A stretch of 64,000 nucleotides of DNA from Paragordius varius (Eukaryota; Animalia; Nematomorpha). Position 1 is the first letter of the stretch. Every line of letters begins with the position of its first letter. Shown here piece by piece: positions 52,952 to 64,000 of the stretch. The notes below the pieces were generated by a model. It saw only the letters and a list, made by a program, of their open reading frames with translations, did no database searches and had not been told where the DNA came from. The DNA lies in contig OZ176054.1 in NCBI GenBank assembly GCA_964247055.1, forward strand, positions 4,836,001 to 4,900,000, in the 5' to 3' direction. The translations under genes were made by a program, and so were the position numbers.

Positions 52952-54329
52952 AGTGTATAAAGTGGAAAAATTTAATAAAAATATCTATATTAAATTAAAG
53001 TGTAAATTAGTCTATTTATATATAATTAGTTTAGTGATAGATAATTTTGGATCCTCATCTTGTTATTATTATATTCGAAAAAAGCAAGCATGAAAAAATG
53101 GAAAACACATTGCTAGATAACAATCAAATATGGAATGAATTTGGAATAGTTATTATAAATTCAGACCTTGCAGTATAGACCGGATTTACCATTACATTTG
53201 GTGAGATTAACCTTGAAAATGATATTTCATAAGTCTACTGATATGAAAACAGAACAATTTAAGATCATGGTTTAGATTGGATGTATTTGTATTAAAAAAT
53301 ACATTATTGTTCGATTTAAAAATAGTTTATGATTCATAAAAATTTAGGCAGAAGAGGTGAGCTTTGTTAATAATTATTATCATCTACTAAAACAGGATTA
53401 TTAATTGTATATATAAGCACTATATTAATTTATAAAAGATTTACTTATCCTTGAGTTATAAAAGATATTATAAACAATTGGCCAGTCGAGTTTATTGCAT
53501 TTAATTATTAAAATACTACACAAAGTCCAAAAATATATATTGTAATCTATTTGTGATCTTTATTGGTAGTGAGATAAAAGCAAACTCTTTAAACTCTATT
53601 ATTTTATTTATTTTGCAGATGATTATATTTAAGGTAGGTTGGGCTTAAACTTGTAAATAAACTATTGTTTGAAATATGTTTCGATTATTATTTTTTTATC
53701 AAGGATTTTAATTGTATTTAATCTAGAGTCCCAAATCATGGCACCTTCGAAAACTTTCAAACGAAAGCTGATTTTATCAATAAATTTGAAAAGTATGCTG
53801 GTAAATGTAACTTTTAAACGAATTAGTAAGATTTTACCATAATTACTGATGTATTAGCCAAAAATTCCAAAAAAACGGCTAAAAGTTTAAGATGACCATC
53901 TTACATAGTGCATATTTTTACGCTCAATATTTATTTTAAATACTTTTCAGACATTAAAATTTTAAATGCTCTGGGACATAATACAATCCGAAAAGATGTT
54001 AAGCTGTTAATCGAAAACAAATACACCCCTAAATAAATTTCAAATGGCTTATAACAAATAAGCGGTAGGGCTAAAAACCTGAGTCAGTGAAAAGGGTCCT
54101 TTTGCCATAATCCGTCAATTATGGAAAATATATGAGGTTAGAATTTAATTTAATTGGGCTAAGCGCTTCTCGGAAAATTACTCAATTAACTAGATTTATT
54201 TGTTTAAAATTATTAAAAGCAGAAGCCTTTATGAGCAATCCCTAAAACGATTAATATCATAACTAACTGCTTAGAAGTCATTATTGTGGTGACATATTTT
54301 ACAGAAAGTGAAGCCCTATCAACGCCCTC

Positions 54330-55480
54330 TTTTTTTAAAAACCTCTTGACTCAAAATTATTGACATTATGGAGATAGCTAAAACCCTTATTGGATGCCCT
54401 TTACTTATGGGCTTTCCGAAAACTTTTTGCGAATGATATTAGATGCAATAATGGTTCCATATAAAGTAACAACTTCTATGGTCAAATCAACCTTTGTCGC
54501 CTCAAAGTTCACCATCTCCACCGGCCTCCATCAAGGCTCAATACTCAGCCCTTTATTGTTTAACATTATCATAGACGAAATTTTGAGGGAAGTAAAAGAT
54601 GGTCTACCTTGGCAAATGTAGGCCGATGATATTGTATTCATAGAAGAATCAGAGGATAAACTTCTCTATACCTTCCAAAACTGGAAAAAATGTTTGGAAT
54701 CCTATGGACTGATTGTTAATTAAAACAAAATTAATGACGGAGGACATCAAAAAAAATTAAATATCCATGGCGAAAATGCGGAAAAGAGGTTAAAGGCAAT
54801 TCAATCCAATGCCCACCATGCAAATTCTGGTTACATAAAAACTGTACGAATTCAACCCACCTAAATATTAAATGCTAAAAATACTTAATGAAAGTATCTC
54901 CGAGTCCATATTACATTATCACCAACAAGTTTGGGATTGAGACAGTTGAAAACTTTGTTTATCTGGGAAGGTATCAGCAGGTGGAGGACTTAAAGAAACT
55001 GTCAAACATCGCATAGCTCAGTTCTGGAAATTCCACTTGTGGAAAACTATTCTATCAAACGGATATATTAACCACGCAACAATAGCTCCATTATACACCA
55101 AAGCGATTCAACCGGTGTTAAAATAAGGATCGGAAACATGGGCAGTGACTAACACGCTCAACGCTAAGGTACTTCAATCATAACGTATAATTTTTAATAT
55201 CATTTTATATGTGCACGATCCCATGCAATATAATTCAACGAATCATGACCCCTACACGCTAAAATGAAATCAATAGCCGATATCATCCAAATGGGTAGGC
55301 TAATATGAGCGGGGCACATATATCGTAGAGATCCGTCGCACATACTAAAAACCATGTTACATGGTGGATACCGTACCTAAAGCGGGCAGACCCCACAAAA
55401 CATACCTGCAAACAATTCAAGATCTAGCTTAACACAAATTTGATATAGACTTAGCTTATAATGGAACGTTATAAAAAACA
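54330..55480 (+). mobile_element. Degenerate RTE-clade LINE reverse-transcriptase fragment
   Basis: TGLHQGSILSPLLFNIIIDEIL...*ADDIV, VENFVYLG, GSETWAV, GRLI*AGHI and an RP-K-type C-terminus; multiple stops and frameshifts. Boundaries are approximate. Confidence 0.85.
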
Positions 55481-55924
55481 AATATAAGAGACGTTCTTTT
55501 TGGGACAACCTCTTCAATGAACTCTATGGTGACGAATTTACAGGAGGAGATGCCTCATATTCAACATTCTACATTTTTTATTATATATTAAATACACACT
55601 ATTATTCAAAAGATTTAGTATTTAGGTTTTCTTTAAACGAAATCAAATGCTGATTGTATAATAGGTTTATGTCTGAAATTTTAGGGTTTAATGTATCCGC
55701 TATTTTGTTAGAATTTTTTTTAAACATAAACCATTATTTTCATATATATTTGGGCATTAGTATAAAATTTATATAGAATTGGCTAAAATATCCTAAGTCA
55801 GGCCTTGTGTAATAATTGATTTAATCTAACCCTAATTTCTATCAATCACTATCAAAATAATTTATTAATAAAAAAGATATATATATATATATATATATTG
55901 AATAAAATATAAAAAATATCTCAA

Positions 55925-58142
55925 TCAAAACAATTTGGCACTTGGGCATATCTCTGAATTTAGACAATTTCGACATTTTGGAGAAAGGGGGAGACATATT
56001 TGTTGCCCGAAACCAACCAGCAATTTGTTGACATTTTTCCAATGTTCTCTACAATAGGTTAAAATAATTTTAAAAGCTCTATGTAAAAAATACAGTTATA
56101 TAAAAAAATAAGTACATATTCGTTAAATAAAAATAATTAAAACCTCATCTCTCACCTGCATTAAACATTAATATATGACCAATAGAATTTAGTTATTCGA
56201 TTCCCATACTACAATTAGATTTTTTAGTGTTAAATGTAGCCTTGATTAATAATAAGTATAATAAAGGCTATAACGTATTAAATGAAAAATGTTACATAAA
56301 TATCAATTACACTCAAACATACTAATAACCCATATCAGTTGTAAATAAATTTCAATGCAAATTTATCTTGGTAATGCATAAGCATTTAAGACAAACAAAG
56401 CTTATAATACAATTTAATTTAAAATAGTTCATCCTGGAATCTATATCTAGTAATTTCATGGCTCTAATTTTGACCCCAATCTCTTGTTCAAAAAAACCAT
56501 TAAGGACAAAATATAATTTCGATTCTACGCCTTTAATCACCTTTTTGTCAAACAATTATAATACCGATTCCTTTTTTGATTAAGAAAAGTTAAATCATAT
56601 GACAAACATACATATAAAATGCAAAAATTTGAATGTCAATTTTCTATACTAACGCAAAACACTTTAATCCAAATAAAATAAAAAAATCGGTAATTACAAA
56701 GGTTAGCATTATAATAGTTAAAGCATCAAAAATATTTTTTGTGAATCTTTTGGAACGTCGGTTCAAGTTCTATAAATGGTTGATTAAATTGATATAAATA
56801 AAATCCCTTAATTATTACTATATGTTAATAAAAATATAAAATATTATCAAAATATGGAACCAAGCACAGTAAATAAAACGATTCAATATTGAAAATTTAA
56901 ATACAGTTTGTTAACTTAAAGGCTTAATTTTATCCAGATATTGATTGTTTTATAATGTTAAAGCATATCAATCAAAATCCAAAACAATTCACAATCATTT
57001 ATCACATTATATATTTATAGATCTTATTTTTATTGGTGTTTTCAATATATTTCTAAATTTCAGTATAAAATATTTAAAAAGGTAAAAAATGTATACTTTG
57101 GCACCCAAGCTTCCAAAGACTTTCTGGTTGCTTCTGGTGTTTTGGTGTTGACTAATCCCAACCTAAATATATATATATATATATTATATTTACAAAACTT
57201 TTCATATAAAATCAAAAATCACGAAAAAATATATGCTTAAAAGCATTCAAACTTTGGTAAAGGGAAGTTTTTTAATTTTGTAAGTATTAAAGAATAATTA
57301 ATAATATGTTACATTAAATTAGACTTTGGCAACCATTAAAAATAAAAACAAAATATATTGTTTATAGGAGTTATATTATTGATTATATGGGTTTTTCATG
57401 TGTGCCAAAAGAATAATCGCATGTATAAAATTTCCTCATACAATAACTATATTGTTATCCTATGGATGTTTGCTGTAATTTTAAGAAATACAGTGTTAAT
57501 ATTCAAAAATTTTATTTCACACGCACATAGATTAAAAGCTTTGAAAAAATACCGATTTGAGATACGGTGAACGTGGGTATCAACAGATATACCTACTGTA
57601 TTATTCCAAGCTATCTGCATGGCTAATATTGCCATTTTGGGACCAACACCCGGTAATTTCAATAATTGTTCAAGTGTGTTTGGAATATCATCATTATAAT
57701 ATTCAGTCAATATCTTAACCGTATCATGTATGTGTTTGGCTTTTGTCTGTAGGTATACAATAGCAGTTAACCTTATAAAATCCAGCAGGATATATTAATT
57801 TTTCTATTTGTGCGACATCCATGGATAAAATATCTCGACATGATATATTTTGATCCCGTATTTTATTCATAACTTGGGCGGTAATTTGATCTTTTGTTTG
57901 ACTAGAAAGCATTAATGAGAGCAATATATGAAATCTTTGCAACTAAAAAGCAATTAGAGAAAAATTACTTTTACATCGGCTGATGGATCGTATAATTTTT
58001 GAGCACCATAGTTATCAACAGGCGCATCAAATTTATGCCTCATTTTCTTTATATTTTGGAAAAAGGTATTAAACTTCTGTAAATTCATTTGATTAGATGT
58101 GTCTATTGCAATCTTAATTCTTTTTCGAGTTGCTATCACCAT
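55925..58142 (-). CDS. NTHL1: Endonuclease III-like DNA glycosylase
   Basis: Exons 58142-57969, 57942-57772, 57746-57553, 57162-57097 and 56048-55925. Motifs DAPVDNYG, LSLMLSSQTKDQIT, HhH LLKLPGVGPKMA, VDTHVHRISNR, NKLLVGFGQQIC and the 4Fe-4S motif C-X6-C-X2-C-X5-C. Confidence 0.95.
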
Positions 58143-58177
58143 ATTTCAAATTTAAATGGCCTAACTTAAAAAGAGAT

Positions 58178-59164
58178 ATGTCTCATGGTTTATTACATAA
58201 TGGAAAACGGTTAATCGAGATTACCAAATTTAAAGTCGATTCATAATTATTTTCAGGGATCTTATTGGGATAAAATTGGATTTTATTGCCAAAACAAATT
58301 TTTTATATTTTATGAAGAAGGCATTTATCTACTTTATAAGGTTATTATGTTATTTTAAAAAAATAGAATAATCTTGTTTTGCTAAATGATAAAGATATTT
58401 TAGAAAATTTCTTGCGAGAAAATTTTTTTACAGCATTTATTTATTTAATTTTAAAAAACATTGGATATGTAGTACGCAAAGATATTCCAGTAATAGTAAA
58501 AGTAAATAATCGTTTATCAACCATTTTTAAATATAATACCATCAACATCAATCACCAATTATCAAATCTTAGCTTTCCATCCGAGGACACATTTGGATTA
58601 CCAGACTTAATACATAATATTCGTGACTGTTTTAATTTAAATGAAAATTACTCAATTTATTTGCCATTTAAATGGGAAAATAATAATAATATTTTACCTA
58701 ATTTCGTAATCGGAAATACTGAAATTTGGAAAATATATAAATCTTTTACAATGGATGATAATAAAAATGTCTTGAAAAGATATAAAAAAGCTAAAAATTA
58801 TGCATTTAAATTTAATTTATATATAAATTCAATTTTTTACGGACATTTCAACAACGTTTTGCCTAAAACAGCATTTTCTATATACAAATCTACATCAAAA
58901 TTTAAGAAATCCAAAATAAAAAATCCAAACTTTAGCATAGTTTTAAATCAATCAAATAATTTGAATAACAGTACTTTATCATTCCCAACGACAGATATTA
59001 TTAATCGTTTTGCTAATATAGCATGTAAAAATAAACTTTCTACAATAATAACATATTATGATGATACTTTCATACCAACTCCTTGTGATAATTTTGTTTT
59101 AAACAATATCCATTCGGAAATTATGAAATTTCAACCAGAATTTTTACAATTTACAAACTTTTAA
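58178..59164 (+). CDS. TSEN54: tRNA-splicing endonuclease subunit Sen54-like, about 310 aa
   Basis: Exons 58178-58234, 58257-58340 and 58367-59164. N-terminal GSYWDKIG...FYEEGIYLL...AFIYLILKNIGYVVR (cf. Sen54_N EEALYLL...Y..LKRLGY.V) and C-terminal FSIYK..SKFKKS..NPNFSI. Confidence 0.7.
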
Positions 59165-59306
59165 TTTGTTTTATTTTGACATTGAAATTGCATGTAGTAT
59201 TATCTAGTTTGAAATGTGTAATTATCATAAACGATCATATAAACGTACGTATACAAATGATTGACAATACATTATATTATATATATATATATTTTTAGCC
59301 CAATTG

Positions 59307-62300
59307 CTATTTAGGTGATAAATTTTCTTGCTTGGCCAAATAATCGTTGTATCGTTTTTCTTGTTGCTGATATAATTTCATTAATTTTTTGTGTTGCGAT
59401 TTCGTAATCGGTTGTCCTGAAGCATCTAATGTTGGAAACCCCTATATATATACAATAAACGATATAAATTATATAATGCTCTTGGTTGCATACGCTAACT
59501 GTCAATATTAATTAGCAATGTATTTTTAATCATACTGTATAAAAAAAGGTGTAAAAAACGATTTAGTTTGTGATTTTATTATAATATTTTATTTGGACCT
59601 CTTCAGTACAAATAACCACTATGATTAAAATTAACTAAAATCAAAATATTTTTATACCATTTCATCAAATTGGCTGTACTTTTCGGTTTCGTGAAGGAAC
59701 ATATCTTTTGGTGGAATTTTATTTTGTGCCTCCCGTTTCATCTGCAAAACATAAAGAATGTTTTAGATTAATAATTTTGAAAAGATAAAATATTTTTGGA
59801 GTTAAACGGATTTTTTTAGTTATATAAGGCGTTAATTTTTTTAAATAATTATTGTTTAATAAAAAATATTAAATGGCACGTTTACATTTCACAAATGAAA
59901 TAAAACTTTAATCTACGGTTCCGAAACTCTTAAACAGATATCTAATGCTAAAAAGCTGCTTATTTGTATACATATGATTAACCTTCATTTATAAAACATA
60001 TTCAATTGATTACGTTAATTAAACAAACAAATAGCGCCTCTATGGGTACAATTAAACCCTTTAAAATGCATAAAAAACTTTTAAGGAAATAACCAACATT
60101 ATTCTAATAATGATAATGGCTTAATGGACTTAAACCACCTAACTTTATGACAGAAAAATGCGAAGATTAAGATTATGGCGGCTTATACGTCATGGGAAAA
60201 CTTCACAACGGCCCGTTAAAATTGCAAGTTGCTTTATTTACCTCCTTTAATGAATATCAAAACATAAATTGAATAAATTATATAATAAACAAAAATGCAT
60301 AATATTCATATTTTATACCAAGGCCTCCTGATGACTTAATTTATGTTGATCTGCGAGGACGTTGGGAGAATCAGTATTATTATTATTCAATGTATTATCT
60401 ACAAATCCATTAATTTTAGTGTTGTTTTCATTAGCTAAACTATTTATTCCGACATATTTTATGACTGGAGTTGTTAAAATGGTTCCATTGGCATTTTCTT
60501 TATCGACAAAACTGCTTTTATCCTCAAGCCTGACCCCTATACTAGGGAGTATTGTATCACGAAGTTTATCGCAATCTTTAAGTATCTCGTAATCTAATAA
60601 TAAAGATAATGAAACAAGAACTTATTTTCCATTGATGTTTAGGTTAAATTATTGATTTAGATAATATTTTTTCACCATAATTGTATTTCCAAAATAAAAT
60701 ATTTATTACTTTAAAATTATTTTAGGTTGTAAAAATTAGCCTAGCCCGAGGAAATTCAACTAAATTTGTATTAACTGGTTTTTACATCATATTATAAAAG
60801 TTATTTGCACCATAATTTTCAAAATTTTTACAAAATCATTAGGGTTACTTTTGCTTTTTATGGCAGAAATACGGACAGATTCCCTAAATTTAGCCAACAC
60901 ATCTAGGTAGGGATAAAGAGTTTCTTCCATCTATTACACACATGAAATATAAAAAAAATTTTTTATGTAAAAATATTTTTACCAATGAGTAAAAACGAAT
61001 AAATCTTTAGTTAAATAATAAAATTAAATTAATCCAAAAATAATTTACATTAATATTTTGTTCACCATCAGTCACTATTTCAGGTCCTAACTGCTCATTC
61101 GTTTCGTATACCCCAAATATCTGTCATATAATATATCGATTATATTATAATTAATAACAGAAAATAAGATATATAATTATTGTATAAAAAAAACCTCAAA
61201 TAAATCGGTTATGTAGTGGCAAATGCTTTGAATTAATCTAGTGTTGGGCAGATCGACTTGGGAAACATTTTTGATGTAAATGTAGACAAAATTTATTAGC
61301 TTGCTAATATGATCCAAACATCCTTTGGTATCTATCGAATCTATTGAAGTTGTCATATATATATAATTTTTATAATTATAAACATTATAATAATAAATTA
61401 CCACATAAACAATCATGAACGTTGGATTTCGTTTCGAAAAATCTATGTAAAAATAAAAAATATATTATTGTGGTTCTTGGCATCGAGGTGTCTCTCGATG
61501 ATAAAATATAAAAAGACACAAGTATGAAAAAAAAATTAACTAAAAATATGAACCAAATGAAATCTTGTCATTAACGCTCTAAATACAATATGATCCCGAA
61601 TGAATCAAATATATTTTAAAAAGAAATTTGAGATATATAAAAAAAGTGGCCTAATAAAATATCAAAATTTAGAATAATTTAAATATAAAATATATTTATC
61701 ATTTTAATCCAAATCTTAAAATATTTGGGGGCATTAAATAAATTTAAACTTTTCATTTAACAATTTTTCATGTCCAGACCATTTAGTGAATTCAATGCCA
61801 ACTTTTTCATTTTTGGGAGCTTTCCTTATCAAATCCTTCATGTTAAGGAAAAATTCCTAAAATTAAACCAATATAAATACATATATGTTATAATCGAAAA
61901 AAATTGTTTATATAAAATTATTTTTAAATAAAACAAAAAATTAGATAGATTAAATTACTTTCAAACAAATTAAAATTTGCGTAAAACAATATTTAAAAGA
62001 GCAACGGAACATTTATATAGATTTATTTTATTAAAACCATTCATAATAATAATAAAATAATGTAACTAATAATTTCAATAAAACAACGAAAAAAAGTCAA
62101 TTTAGATAATTATTGATTAATATTTTCCAAATACAAAAACATTAAATTTATACCGTCAACATTTTTTCATACTGTAAGCTAGCAGCCATACTGTTTTCAC
62201 TGTAATCGAGGCCCTCTTTCCACCCATGCATAAGGAATGTCAGCCTAAGTTGTCGCGCTGTAAAACTTTGCAGTGCTTGACGTATAGTAATAAAATTCTT

Positions 62301-64000
62301 CAATGATTTCGACATTTTACAGCCACTGATAGTCAAATGACCCGAATGAATAAAGTATGAAACCCAATCATTGCTTTCGTAATAAGCCTGGGGAGAAAGT
62401 AAATAACATACATTAGAGCACAGCGGTCCGTATACAAATAATTTGATTTTTAATAACTTTAAGCTTGTTTATTAACGTTCCAATAAAACAATATAGTAAT
62501 TCATGAATTATTGTAAATTTTAAAGATTCAAATTAAAAACCTTTTTGTAAATGTTAATAATCCAAAATTTTTGTAAACAATAGCTCTTTATATGCCAACA
62601 TATGATATATGTGTAAATATATATATGTATAGCCTTTTTATGAAATTATTTTAAGCTATAGAGCCCAATTTTAAAAAAGAAAAGCTTTATTTTAAATATA
62701 CGACAATAAAAAAAGTAAGGAAATAACTTCCGTTTGTGCAATTTCATTATCATGATGAGGAAACTTTAAATCAACTCCACCAGCATGAATATCAAGGTAT
62801 GATCCACAAATAGCGGTAGCCATTACTGAACACTCAATATGCCACCCAGGTCGACCCTTATATATAATTTAAAAATTTTTTTGGTAATACAGTGAATAAA
62901 TAACGCCCTAAAAATAAGTTTTTGTATACTTTGCGCATATAAAATACTTGGCTTAAGCAAATCATCATTTTCGATAAAGAACTAGTTTTTAAGTTATATT
63001 CATGCAAACTTACTCTATTTAAAAATTCGCATAGTGACCCAAATATATAAAAAAATTCCAACATCTATAAAATATATTAAATAAATCGAGAAATAATCAT
63101 ATCTCAATTAAATTTGATGCGTATAATGAGTCATGAACTATTCAAAATCGGGCTTATTATTTTTGGGATGGGGGTTTACTGTATTTAAATTGTTTCTATA
63201 AGCATTTTCAAATATTATAATTTTTATGAAAAAAAAACATTTAATCATTCATTACATTTCCCCAGGGTGATTCCCAATACGGTTCTTCAGGTTTAGAGCT
63301 TTTCCATAAAGCGAAGTCGTTAATACTTCGTTTTTCCGATGTGTGTTCTTCCGTAACACTCAGTTCACCTGTAATATTAATTGCATATAAAATTTTAAAT
63401 GTTATCAATGATAAATCAATTAAATAGAGTATTGATGTTATGTAATAAATATGGTGAGAAATAGTTATCAAGAAAGATGCATCTGAAAATTAACCCTGTG
63501 ATTTAACAATCGTCAATCGCTTTGTAAAGGATCATAATACTTTTTAATCTGCAAGGCTAGGGGCCATTTTATCATAAGGAAAATATATTTAAGTCAATTA
63601 CTAAATAAAATTATTAACTACTTGAATTCATATGGGAAAAGTAATTGACATTACAATTAAAAAATATAATTATAAATACTAAATTGGTGAATACGGCTAA
63701 CCTTTATTCAAATGATACTTAACGGGAAAAAATCTATAATAATAATAATAATACTCAATTAAAATATCAAATACTGAGATTAATAAAAATTATCAATTTG
63801 ATTAAAGTTTTTTAGCTAATTTGATTTGAATTCATTTTATAAAAAGTTAAGGGTATACCTTCTCCTTCATCTATAGCTTTCTGATCTCCATACGCTTCAG
63901 GCAATAGCTTAGCATAATGGTGATTTGGATTTTGCGAAAATTTAGCTGTATCGAAATAGACTGAGCCCGAACGTGCAACATATCTAATGAGAAAAAAGGT
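59307..64000 (-). CDS. CARS1: Cytoplasmic cysteinyl-tRNA synthetase, 3' part (gene starts beyond the window)
   Basis: Exon peptides [88 protein letters not shown] (KMSKS) and terminal [24 protein letters not shown]...TAG at 59307-59309. Confidence 0.95.

Overview
Very AT-rich (roughly three-quarters A+T by eye) animal genomic DNA; the taxon cannot be fixed from the window. The standard genetic code and GT-AG splicing explain all genes. By hand-splicing I reconstruct about 12 genes: a secreted CBM14 chitin-binding mucin (+), RRN3 (-), GET1/WRB (+), a DHRS11-like SDR (+), SPATA20 (+), APH-1 (-), VPS26 (+), FoxN1/4 (-), an NPC2/ML-domain protein (-), NTHL1 (-), a TSEN54-like gene (+) and the 3' part of cysteinyl-tRNA synthetase (-). 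The main signal is the gene architecture. At least 21 spliceosomal introns are only 21-30 nt long (GET1 has four of 22, 23, 22 and 23 nt), and three head-to-head gene pairs have start codons only 35-69 nt apart. The genome is nevertheless not streamlined: other introns and intergenic regions are hundreds to thousands of bases long and full of transposon relics. These include two mariners (one carrying an RTE insertion), an RTE RT fragment, an inverted pair of Penelope fragments, a Helitron-like element with internal tandem repeats, a hAT MITE, a self-nested TTAA MITE, three related foldback-like MITE families with TATA|CCATTT ends, and a decayed hammerhead-like motif. No rRNA, intact tRNA or CRISPR array was seen.
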